The notes beneath the pieces are model-generated. The model was not told where the DNA came from, made no database searches, and was given only the letters and a program-made list of their open reading frames with translations. DNA of 64,000 nt, from NCBI GenBank assembly GCA_039932055.1, contig JBDTQT010000001.1, positions 2,418 to 66,417 of the forward strand, read 5' to 3'. Source of the stretch: Thermoanaerobaculia bacterium (GTDB lineage: Bacteria; Acidobacteriota; Thermoanaerobaculia; Multivoradales; JAGPDF01). Shown here one piece after another: positions 11,639 to 20,275 of this stretch (positions within the stretch are counted from its first letter, which is position 1; every line of letters begins with the position of its first letter). A program made the position numbers and the translations under genes.

Positions 11639-11784
11639 CAGAGCCGCCGTCCCGAGATCAGGCGGAAGATCAGGATGACCACGGCGACGACGAGCAGGAT
11701 GTGGATGAATCCGCCCATCGTGTAGGACGTCACGATGCCGAGCAGCCAGAGGATGAGGAGGATGACGAAAATGGTCCAGAGCAT
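11638..11784 (-). CDS. lmo0937 family small membrane protein (48 aa)
   Basis: MLWTIFVILLILWLLGIVTSYTMGGFIHILLVVAVVILIFRLISGRRL closely matches the lmo0937-family consensus (MLWTII.ILL.LWLLG...GG.IHILLV.A...I). AAGGAG SD 8 nt upstream of the internal ATG. Confidence 0.65.
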   Translation of the reverse strand: MLWTIFVILLILWLLGIVTSYTMGGFIHILLVVAVVILIFRLISGRRL

Positions 11785-11899
11785 GAGAAGTTCTCCTTCC
11801 GGAAGCGGGTTGCAGGTGCCGCATCGAAGAACGGTGCCACGGGCTGCCGTCCCCTCCGAATGCCTCCTCAATTTAGCCGCTCGCCCGCCGGGCGGGAAG

Positions 11900-11945
11900 A
11901 GCAGTTTCTACCCGGACGGCGGGCTGGGCGATAGGTAGAAAGCAC
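11900..11945. repeat. Spaced palindrome copy 2: TTTCTACC-N21-GGTAGAAAG
   Basis: Same 8/9-bp core half-sites and an identical 21-nt spacer length as copy 1, but with different flanking arms. Sits between the P-type ATPase stop and the lmo0937 gene start. Confidence 0.55.
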
Positions 11946-11991
11946 TTTGCCGGTGCGGTCGCCGCCCTGAAACTCGTGGCGCCGGCGCGGC

Positions 11992-14157
11992 TCAGCCGCG
12001 CAGCAGCCGGAGAGCGTTGGCGACGACGAGGAGTGAAGCGCCCATGTCGGCGGCGATCGCTGCCCAGAGCGAGGCCGTGCCGAGAAAGGTGAGGGCGACG
12101 AAGAGCGCCTTGACCGCGAGCGCGAAGGCGATGTTCTGGCGAATCACCGCCAGCGTGCGGCGCGAATGGCCGACGAGCCAGGGAAGTCGCGAAAGATCGT
12201 CGGCGAGCAGCGCTACGTCGGCAGTCTCGACGGCGGCGTCGGACCCGGCGCCGCCCATGGCGATGCCGAGCGTGGCGGAGGCGAGGGCGGGAGCGTCGTT
12301 GATGCCGTCGCCGACCATCGCCACCCGGCCGTAGCGCTCGACCAGTTGCTCGATCGCCAGGACCTTCTCGTCCGGCAGAAGCTCGGCGCGCACCTCGGAG
12401 AGGCCGGTCTCGCGGGCGATCGCCTCGGCCGTGCCGCGGTTGTCGCCGGTCAGCATGACGGTCGCCGCGATCCCCAGCCGGCGGAGCTCGGCGACGGTTT
12501 CGCGGGCGTTCGCGCGCACGCCATCGGCGACCGCGACGAGGCCGCAGACATGGCTGTCGTTGCCGACCACGACGGCGGTCTGGCCGGCCTGCGACATCGC
12601 CTCGAGGTGTGCGTGTACCTCAGGAGTCTCCTGCCCCCGTTCTTCGAGGTAGCGGTGCGAGCCGACCCAGAACGGACGTCCGTCTACCGTGCCGGCGGCC
12701 CCCTTGCCCGGGAAGATGCGGAACTCCTCGGCGGGTGCCACGACGATGCCGCGTGCCGCGGTGTATTCGCGCAGCGCCGCGGCGAGAGCATGCTCGCTCC
12801 TCGCCTCGATCGCGGCGAGCCGCTCCAGCAGCTCGCGCTCGTCATGCCCGGAGAGCGGCACCACCGCGAGCACCCGCGGCTGGCCGTGGGTCAGCGTCCC
12901 GGTCTTGTCGAAGGCGAAGGCGCGCAGCGTCGCGGGGATCTCGAGGAAGGCGCCCCCCTTGATCAGTACGCCGTGGCGCGCCGCCGTCGCCAGGCCGGCG
13001 ACGATCGCCACCGGGGTCGAGATGACCAGGGCGCAAGGGCAGCCGATGACGAGCAGGACGAGAGCGCGGTAGGCCCACTCGGGCCAGCTCGCGCCGGCGA
13101 AGAGCGGCGGCAGCAGGCCGATGGCGAGCGCGGCGGCGAAGACGATCGGGGTGTAGATCGCCGCGAAGCGATCGACCCAGCGCTCGGAGGGCGAGCGCCG
13201 CGCCTGAGCCTCTTCGACGAGGCGCAGGATCCTCGCCAGCATCGTCGCTTCGGCGAGCGCAGTCGTCTGGATCTCGAGCGCTCCCGGACCGTTGATCGAG
13301 CCGGCGAAGACCTCGTCTCCCGGCTCCTTGTCGACCGGCCGGCTCTCGCCGGTGATCGGCGCCTGGTCGAGCGTCGAACGCCCGGCGACAACCCGGCCGT
13401 CGAGCGCCAGGCGCTCACCGGGGCGTACGGCGATGCGGCCGCCGACCGGCACCTCGGACGGATGCACCAGGCGCTCCCCTGACGACGTCACCAGGCGCGC
13501 GCTCGGCGGAACGAGGTCGAGAAGCTTGGCGATGGCCCGTCGAGCCCGCCCGATGCTCCACGCCTCGAGGGCGAGAGAGAGCGCGAACAGAAAGGCGACC
13601 GTGGCGGCTTCGAACCAGTCGCCGAGGAAGATCGCTCCGGCGACGGCGATGGTCATGAGCAGGTTCATGTCCGGTCGCAGCCGGCGCAGCGCGAGCCAGG
13701 CCTTCGGCGCCACCGTGAGCAGACCGGCGAGCACCGCGACCGAGTAGACGACCCGGGCGGCGAGAGGTACACCCGCTGCGCCGGCCGCACCCTCGCGGCC
13801 GAGCGCCGCGCCGAGACTGCCGGCGATCAGGATGTGCAGAAGGAAGCCGGCGGCGGTAGCGGTGCCGGCGACGACGGTGGAGAGAAGGCGCCGATCCCGC
13901 AGACGAGCGCTCGCGCGGTCGCCCCCCTCGATCTGCCAGGGCTCCGCCACGAGCCCCGCTCGGGCGGCGCTGGCGACGATGGCTGCATCGGCAACAGCGC
14001 GCGGATCGACGGCGACAGTCATCCGCCCGCGCAGCAGATCGAAGCCAAGCAGGGCTTCGCCGCCGACGACCGGTCCCACTTCACGCCGCAGCGCCGCGAT
14101 CTCTTCCGCGCAGTCCATACCGATGACGCGAAAGGCCCGCGCCGGTCGAGAATCCAT
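11992..14157 (-). CDS. Heavy-metal translocating P1B-type ATPase (ZntA/CadA-like, CPC type)
   Basis: DKTGTLT phosphorylation motif, GCPCALVISTP metal-binding TM motif, GDGINDAPAL hinge, and an N-terminal HMA-like domain (GMDCAEE). Start trimmed to the internal ATG with AGGAGA SD; the 133-aa R-rich extension in the ORF track is rejected. Confidence 0.85.
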   Translation of the reverse strand: MDSRPARAFRVIGMDCAEEIAALRREVGPVVGGEALLGFDLLRGRMTVAVDPRAVADAAIVASAARAGLVAEPWQIEGGDRASARLRDRRLLSTVVAGTATAAGFLLHILIAGSLGAALGREGAAGAAGVPLAARVVYSVAVLAGLLTVAPKAWLALRRLRPDMNLLMTIAVAGAIFLGDWFEAATVAFLFALSLALEAWSIGRARRAIAKLLDLVPPSARLVTSSGERLVHPSEVPVGGRIAVRPGERLALDGRVVAGRSTLDQAPITGESRPVDKEPGDEVFAGSINGPGALEIQTTALAEATMLARILRLVEEAQARRSPSERWVDRFAAIYTPIVFAAALAIGLLPPLFAGASWPEWAYRALVLLVIGCPCALVISTPVAIVAGLATAARHGVLIKGGAFLEIPATLRAFAFDKTGTLTHGQPRVLAVVPLSGHDERELLERLAAIEARSEHALAAALREYTAARGIVVAPAEEFRIFPGKGAAGTVDGRPFWVGSHRYLEERGQETPEVHAHLEAMSQAGQTAVVVGNDSHVCGLVAVADGVRANARETVAELRRLGIAATVMLTGDNRGTAEAIARETGLSEVRAELLPDEKVLAIEQLVERYGRVAMVGDGINDAPALASATLGIAMGGAGSDAAVETADVALLADDLSRLPWLVGHSRRTLAVIRQNIAFALAVKALFVALTFLGTASLWAAIAADMGASLLVVANALRLLRG

Positions 14158-14255
14158 TCTGGTCTCCTGCTCCTCTCGCCCCGGAACGCCGGCAGAGCGA
14201 TCGCCGGCCGCCGAAGGGGAGGATCTTGCCACCAACGGGTACGCGCCCGCTCCGC

Positions 14256-16178
14256 TCAGCGGAATCCGGCGGCCTGGAGGTCGAAGAGCTCGGCGTAGCG
14301 CCCGCCGGCTTCGATCAGCTCGGCGTGGGTGCCAGCGGCCTCGATCTGGCCGTCGGCGAGGACCAGGATCCGGTCGGCGCGACGGACGGTCGAGAAGCGG
14401 TGCGAGATGAGTACCGCGGTCTTGCCGTGCGAGAGCTCGGCGAAGCGCTGAAAGACCTCGAACTCGCTGCGCGCGTCGAGCGCGGCCGTCGGCTCGTCGA
14501 GGATGAGGACATCGGCTTCGCGCATGTAGGCACGCGCGATGGCGATCTTCTGCCATTCACCGCCGGAGAGCTCGACGCCGGTCTTGAAGCGCCGTCCGAT
14601 GAGCTGATCGTATCCCGCCGGCAGACGCGCGATGACCTCGTCGGCGAGGCTGCGCCGCGCCGCTGCGCGGATGCGCTCGCGGTCCTCGCGCGCCTCGATC
14701 CGGCCGACGGCGATGTTCTCGCCGGCGGTCAGGTGATAGCGCACGAAGTCCTGGAAGATGACGCCGATATGGCCGCGCAGCGCGCCGAGGTCGTAGTCGC
14801 GCAGGTCGCGGCCGTCGAGCAGGATCCGGCCCTCGTCCGGTTCGTAGAGTCGCGCCAGGAGCTTGACCAGGGTGGTCTTGCCGGCGCCGTTCTCACCGAC
14901 CAGCGCCAGCACCTCGCCGGCGTGCAACTCGAAGGAGAGATGGCGCACCGCCCAGCGCTCGGCGCCGGGGTAGCGGAAGCCGACGTCTTCGAAGACGAAG
15001 CCGGCGCGAATCGGCTCGGGGAACGGCAGCGGCTCGGCGGGCGAGACGATCTCCGGGCGCAGATCGAAGAACGAGAAGAGGTCGTCGAGATAGAGCGCCT
15101 GGCCGGCTACCTGCGAGAAGCCGATGAGAAGCCCTTCGAGCAGGTTGCGCAACCGCCGGAACGAGGCGGAGAGAAAAGTCAGGTCGCCGATCGTGAACGC
15201 GCCGGAGAGCGTGCGCCAGGCGAGATAGGCGTAGGCGCCGTAGTAGCCGATGGTGCCGACGGTGGTCAGCAGTCCGCCCCAGCCGGCGCGGCGCACCGCG
15301 AGCTCCCGGTTGGCGCGGTAGAACTCCTCCGCGAGCTCGCGGTAGCGCCCGATGAGGAAGGAGTTGAGGCCGAAGATCTTGACCTCTTTCGCCGTCTCGA
15401 CGCTGGCGCCGGTGGCGCGCACGTAGTCGAGCTCGCGCTGCGCCGGCGTCCGCCTCCAGGCGAGCTCGTAGCTCTGCACATTGAAGTGGCTCTCGCCGAG
15501 GAAGGCCGGAATGACCGCCAGGGCCAGCAGCAAGATGAGCCAGGGGGCATAGATCGTGAGTCCCGCGGCGAACGCGAGGATGCTGACCATGTCCTGCGCC
15601 TGACCGAAGAGCTGCGACAGCAGGCCGCTGCGTCCCGAGGCCCGGCGTCGTGCGCGATCGAGTTGGTCCTGCACCTCGCTGTCCTCGAAATCCTCGAGGT
15701 CGAGGGTGGCGGCGTGTTCCATGAGGCGAACGCTCGCGGTATTCGCGAAGCGCTCGCCGAGCAGCGACTCGAGAAGCGAAACCACGCGGCCGACGACATC
15801 CGAGAGCACCGCGAGGGCGAGCTCGAGGCCGAGGAAGACGAGGAGCGGCTGGAGATTCCCGCTCGCCAGCCAACCCTGGAGGTCCGCCGGCGCTCCCGGG
15901 AGTTGGGTGAGTCGGAGAACCTCGTCGATGATCAGCTTGCCGACGAAGAGCGTCGCCACCGGCAGCAGCGCGCGCAAGAGGCGCAGGAGCAGCGTCGCCA
16001 GGGCGAACCCGGGATGAATCTCCCAGATCAGGCGGAGAAACGGCCGGAGGTTCCCGAGCGCCGAGAAACGCTGGCGGAGCGACCGCGGCGCCCGACGGTC
16101 GACCGGGCGCCCGGGATTGGCGGATGCCCCGGCGGTCGCCGGTGCGGCTCGTCCTCCCTGGCTGTACTGCTTCGGCAT
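14256..16178 (-). CDS. ABC transporter ATP-binding protein/permease (MsbA/NdvA-type exporter half-transporter)
   Basis: N-terminal 6-TM domain. Walker A GENGAGKTTLVKLL, signature LSGGEWQKIAIARA, Walker B ILILDEPTAALD. Confidence 0.85.
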   Translation of the reverse strand: MPKQYSQGGRAAPATAGASANPGRPVDRRAPRSLRQRFSALGNLRPFLRLIWEIHPGFALATLLLRLLRALLPVATLFVGKLIIDEVLRLTQLPGAPADLQGWLASGNLQPLLVFLGLELALAVLSDVVGRVVSLLESLLGERFANTASVRLMEHAATLDLEDFEDSEVQDQLDRARRRASGRSGLLSQLFGQAQDMVSILAFAAGLTIYAPWLILLLALAVIPAFLGESHFNVQSYELAWRRTPAQRELDYVRATGASVETAKEVKIFGLNSFLIGRYRELAEEFYRANRELAVRRAGWGGLLTTVGTIGYYGAYAYLAWRTLSGAFTIGDLTFLSASFRRLRNLLEGLLIGFSQVAGQALYLDDLFSFFDLRPEIVSPAEPLPFPEPIRAGFVFEDVGFRYPGAERWAVRHLSFELHAGEVLALVGENGAGKTTLVKLLARLYEPDEGRILLDGRDLRDYDLGALRGHIGVIFQDFVRYHLTAGENIAVGRIEAREDRERIRAAARRSLADEVIARLPAGYDQLIGRRFKTGVELSGGEWQKIAIARAYMREADVLILDEPTAALDARSEFEVFQRFAELSHGKTAVLISHRFSTVRRADRILVLADGQIEAAGTHAELIEAGGRYAELFDLQAAGFR

Positions 16179-16229
16179 CGCCCGCCCATCTTATGCGCCG
16201 CGAAGCGGGCGCACGAGCTCGCGCGCGTG

Positions 16230-17543
16230 TCAGCTCGCGTCGGCCTTGCGGGGGCTGCCGGAAGGCAGATGGACGCGCACGACCTTCACCTGCCGCGGCG
16301 TGGCTTCGATGACCTCGAAGCGCACGCCGTCGACGAGCAGCTCTTCACCCGCCCGCAGGATCTTCCCGGATTCGTGCATCAGGAGCCCCGACAGAGTCGA
16401 ATAGTCGGACGAGACCGAAAGCTCCGTGCCCAGCTTCCGGTTGACCTCCTGGACGGGCGTGTCGGCGCGCACCAGCGCGAATCCGTCGGCATCCCTGAGC
16501 ATCGCCTCCTCCGGCTTCTCGTTCTCGCTCAGGATCTCTCCGAGAAGCTCCTCGGCAATGTCGTCGATGGTCACGATGCCGGCAGTCATGCCGTGCTGGT
16601 CGATGACGACGGCCAGCTGCAAGCGTCTCTCCTGGAGATCGCGCAGCACCGCGACGGCGCCGGTGCGTGCGGCGACCATCGGGACCTGCCGCAGGACGGA
16701 GGCGAGGTCGACGCTCTTCTCCTCGACGAGCTGCCGGACGAGTTCGCGCTCGGTCACGTAGCCTTCGACAGCGTCGAGATCGTGCGCGACGACCGGGTAG
16801 CGTGAGTGCGGTCTGGACTTGAGGAGCGCCCAGATCTCCTCCCGCGTCGCGTCGCGACGGAGGTAGGCCACCTGAGGCCGCGGAATGAGCAGCGAGGAAA
16901 TCGGCAGCCCGCCGAGGTCGATCGCGCGCGAAGCGATGTTGCCGGCAGCGGGAAGGAGTGATCCCGCGGTGGAGGCCTCTTCGACCAGATGCTGCAGCTC
17001 GTCGGGAGAGAGCCGCGACTCGGTGAACGTCGTCCGATCCCGGAAGGGGCGCAGCAGAAGGTTCGAAAGCGTCGTCAGGAACCAGACGACCGGTCGGGCC
17101 GCGCGGGAGATTCCCAGCAGCGGCCGGGCCACCAGAAGGCTGACTCGCTCGCTGCTGCGCAGCGCGAGCGACTTCGGTACGAGCTCACCGAGGACGATCG
17201 ACAAGACGGAGACGAAGGCGACGACGACGGCGAGGGCAAGCTCGTCGGCGAGGTGGCGGACGCCCAGGCTGGACAGAGCGGCGGCGAGCGGTGCTTCGAG
17301 CGTCGCGCCCCCGAACGCGCCTGCGGAGGCACCCAGAACCGTGATCCCGACTTGCACGGTCGCCAGGAAGCGTTCGGGGTTCTTGCGTAGCCGGAGAGCC
17401 GCAGAGGCGCCGCGCTTGCCTTCGTTGGCGAGCTCGAGCAGGCGCGTGCGCCGTACCGAGAGGATGCCGATCTCCGCGGCCGAGAAGAATCCGTTGATCA
17501 GGGTGAGGCTCAGTATGACCAGCAGTTCGAAGCCGAAACCCAC
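16230..17543 (-). CDS. CNNM/CorC-HlyC family transporter (DUF21 + CBS pair + CorC_HlyC; hemolysin family protein)
   Basis: N-terminus MGFGFELLVILSLTLINGFFSAAEIGILSVRRTRL is a typical DUF21 start. CBS region with C-terminal transporter-associated domain. AGGAGA SD upstream. Confidence 0.8.
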   Translation of the reverse strand: MGFGFELLVILSLTLINGFFSAAEIGILSVRRTRLLELANEGKRGASAALRLRKNPERFLATVQVGITVLGASAGAFGGATLEAPLAAALSSLGVRHLADELALAVVVAFVSVLSIVLGELVPKSLALRSSERVSLLVARPLLGISRAARPVVWFLTTLSNLLLRPFRDRTTFTESRLSPDELQHLVEEASTAGSLLPAAGNIASRAIDLGGLPISSLLIPRPQVAYLRRDATREEIWALLKSRPHSRYPVVAHDLDAVEGYVTERELVRQLVEEKSVDLASVLRQVPMVAARTGAVAVLRDLQERRLQLAVVIDQHGMTAGIVTIDDIAEELLGEILSENEKPEEAMLRDADGFALVRADTPVQEVNRKLGTELSVSSDYSTLSGLLMHESGKILRAGEELLVDGVRFEVIEATPRQVKVVRVHLPSGSPRKADAS

Positions 17544-17655
17544 GTCGTCTCCTCTCAGCTGACTGCGGGCAGCTCACTTGCCCGACGCGAGGCCAAGCCC
17601 TCCCGTTCGGCGAACGGCCCGATGCCCCGGGCCCCGGCGGCGCGCCGAGGCCGAG

Positions 17656-18429
17656 TCAGGGCGCGGCGGAGAGGCTGACGGACGCCGCGGCGTCGAGGGC
17701 GAGGAACGGCAGCTCGAGGGGCTGGATCCGCAGCGCGACGCTATCGCCCGTCGGCTCGACAGACAGGACCTTGCCGCGGAATCCACGCGCGGCGTTGCCG
17801 GCGTCGACGACCCGCACGGCGGCGCCGACGGTGAACGGCCCGGCCTCCGCGACCGGAACCGAAGCTTCGAGGACGGTCTTGTTCGCCTCGACGAAGACAG
17901 CGAGGGGCTTGCGCTTCTTGGCTTTGGCGCCCACGGCGAAGAGCTGCCGCAGAACGTAGCCGTCGGCCGGCGCGCGGAGGTCGGCGGTGGAGAGCTCGCT
18001 CTGCAGGCGGGCGATGTCGCTGACGGCGTTGGACTCCGCCATCTGGGCGTCGGAGACATCCTGCGCGTTCCGCATGTCGACGCGGCTGTTGCTCGCCGGC
18101 GAGCTGCTGGTGGCGCCGCGCTGGACGGCGAGCCGGCGCTTCTCTTCCTGGGCGCTTACCAGCGTCTTCTGCTCTCCCTCGAGCTCCTTCTGCAGCTTGG
18201 CGAGGTCCATCTCGACCAGCATGGCGCCTTTCGCCACCGGCTGGTTGAGCGCGGCGGGCAGCGCCCGGACCTCGAGGCTGACCATCGACTTGAGCTCCGC
18301 CGCGCTTGCCGGCGCGGCGCCGAGCCGGGCCTCGACGGCGACAGCGTGGGCGGCGGCCGTCGCGGATGCCGTGGCGACAGCGGTGAGCAACAGGGCAAGT
18401 CGGAACGCTCGGCGCGGTCTCGCTGGCAT
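17656..18429 (-). CDS. HlyD-family membrane fusion protein-like (short periplasmic adaptor)
   Basis: Signal/TM MPARPRRAFRLALLLTAVATASA. Coiled-coil region. LRAPADGYV adaptor motif and a C-terminal beta-barrel-like segment. GGAGGA SD 8 nt upstream of the chosen ATG. Confidence 0.55.
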   Translation of the reverse strand: MPARPRRAFRLALLLTAVATASATAAAHAVAVEARLGAAPASAAELKSMVSLEVRALPAALNQPVAKGAMLVEMDLAKLQKELEGEQKTLVSAQEEKRRLAVQRGATSSSPASNSRVDMRNAQDVSDAQMAESNAVSDIARLQSELSTADLRAPADGYVLRQLFAVGAKAKKRKPLAVFVEANKTVLEASVPVAEAGPFTVGAAVRVVDAGNAARGFRGKVLSVEPTGDSVALRIQPLELPFLALDAAASVSLSAAP

Positions 18430-18530
18430 GGGAAAGTCCTCCACTAGGCGCATCCTACTCGCACTTGGTGCTCCCGCCGGCCTCTCCGGTCGATGGTACG
18501 CTGCCACGGGTTCGAAGGGGACTCCGACCG

Positions 18531-19643
18531 ATGTCGCGACCTATACCGCTTGTTGGATCCGGCGCGCTCCGAAGGCTTGCCCCGCTGGCGGTTCTCGCGC
18601 TGGCGCTCGGCGCAGCCGGGAGCCTCCGGGCTCGCGTCGCTCCGCAGACCCCGGTCGCGCCAATCGTGCCAATTGCGCCAGACGCTCCGCGGGCGGAGAC
18701 CGCGCCGACGGCGCCGACCAGCGAGGGTCCGGCCCGGCGCGAGCGGCTCGAGACCCTGGTCGCCCGCGTCGGCGACTATGTCGAGCGTTTCGAATCGGCG
18801 ATGGAGGCGGCGGTGCTGGACGAGAACTACGTCCAGCTCCTGCGTCAGCCCTGCTGCCGCGAGTCGCGCAACCCGGGCGAAGATCCGCTGCTCGCCTGGG
18901 AGGAAGCGCGGACTCGCCGGCCGCCCAAGGGCGTTCTCGCCCGCCGGCAGCTGCGCTCGGAAGTGCTCCTCGTGCGCATCGCGGGCGGCATGCAGGTCGG
19001 CTACCGCGACGTTTACGAGGTCGAGGGGAAGACGGTGCAGGATCGCAAGGAGCGGGTCCGCAAGCTCTTCCTTTCCGGCACCGAGGAGAGCGCCCTGGAG
19101 CTCGGCAGGCTCGCCACCGAAAGCGCCCGCTTCAACCTCGGGCGATTGCTGCGGACCACCAACCTGCCGACGTTGCCGCTGCTCTATCTGGTGCCGGCGA
19201 TGCATCCGCGGCTCCATTTCTCGCGCGGTGGCGAGGCGGAGGTCGGTGGGAAGGCGACGACGATCCTCGACTTTCGCGAGGACGCGAGCCCGACGCTCGC
19301 CGCGTCGGCGCGCGGCTTCGACATGCCGGCGCGCGGCCGCGCCTGGGTGGAGCCCGCGACCGGGGCGATCCGGCGGATCGAGCTGCGCTACGTGGCGGGG
19401 GCGTTGCACTACGCGCCGGTGCGGCGGGTGATGAACGTCTGGTTCGGCGAGGATCCGCGGATCGAGGTGCTCGTGCCGACGCGGATGTGGGAGTGGTACG
19501 AGAAGATCCCGATCGGCGACGAGTTGCCCGCGAGCGCTTCCCAACGCGCCTGGCCGGCCGATCTCGAAGGACTCGCGACCTATTCCAACCTGCGCCTGTT
19601 CTCGGTCGAGACCAGCGACGAAGTCGGCGAGCCGGCGAACTGA
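18531..19643 (+). CDS. Secreted hypothetical protein (370 aa), no recognised domain
   Basis: Signal peptide [30 protein letters not shown]. High GC3. Divergent from the HlyD-like gene. Confidence 0.5.
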   Translation: MSRPIPLVGSGALRRLAPLAVLALALGAAGSLRARVAPQTPVAPIVPIAPDAPRAETAPTAPTSEGPARRERLETLVARVGDYVERFESAMEAAVLDENYVQLLRQPCCRESRNPGEDPLLAWEEARTRRPPKGVLARRQLRSEVLLVRIAGGMQVGYRDVYEVEGKTVQDRKERVRKLFLSGTEESALELGRLATESARFNLGRLLRTTNLPTLPLLYLVPAMHPRLHFSRGGEAEVGGKATTILDFREDASPTLAASARGFDMPARGRAWVEPATGAIRRIELRYVAGALHYAPVRRVMNVWFGEDPRIEVLVPTRMWEWYEKIPIGDELPASASQRAWPADLEGLATYSNLRLFSVETSDEVGEPAN

Positions 19644-19671
19644 AGCGCCGGCTCAACCGATCGCCGCCGGA

Positions 19672-20130
19672 TCACTTCTTCTCGGCCGGCGCCTGCGACT
19701 GGCGGATATAGGCGAGGAGCTCGCCGATCTTGCGCTCCACCTGCGCCCGGCGCTCGGGCGAGTCGCCCTCGGGCCAGACGAAGAGGTCCCCCCAGACCGG
19801 CATCTCGCGCGTACCGTGCGCCGCGACCTCAGCGCGCCCGTCGACGACCTGGGTAAGGCGCTCGACCGGGAAGACACCTTTATTCTTCTCCTCCAGGCGC
19901 GTCAGGTCGGTCGGTTTGGAGCTCAAGGTGGCCGCGATCTCGCCCTTGCCGCGCAGGTCGATGCCATGGCAACTGGCGCAGTAAGTGGCGTAGGTGGCCT
20001 TGCCGACCGCCGTCGAGTAAACCGGAGCCGTGTCGGCTGCGAGCGCCACACCGGCGGCCAGCGCCAGTCCGAGCACTCCCGCCGCGAGCCCGGCGAGCGT
20101 CGCGGTGCGTAGGCTGATGATCCTGTTCAT
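19672..20130 (-). CDS. Small class I c-type cytochrome (152 aa)
   Basis: Signal peptide plus a single CASCHG heme-binding motif. AGGAGG SD 6 nt upstream of the internal ATG (MNRIISL). Confidence 0.7.
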   Translation of the reverse strand: MNRIISLRTATLAGLAAGVLGLALAAGVALAADTAPVYSTAVGKATYATYCASCHGIDLRGKGEIAATLSSKPTDLTRLEEKNKGVFPVERLTQVVDGRAEVAAHGTREMPVWGDLFVWPEGDSPERRAQVERKIGELLAYIRQSQAPAEKK

Positions 20131-20275
20131 GTCGTCCTCCTGGTTCGCGACTGCACTCTCCCCCAACTCACAAGGTAGCAGGCAGGCCGCGCTGCGGCAC
20201 CACCCGCTGAGGCAGTTCCGGCGGGCCGCACCTCCGGGCCCCTCGACGAGCGCCCTCCGGCTGCGCCGGCGGCGC

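Noticed and set aside
14226-16805. 859-aa plus-strand ORF antisense to the ABC exporter/CNNM
   Set aside because: Low-complexity E/R/D-rich translation. The opposite strand has Walker, signature and DUF21 motifs.
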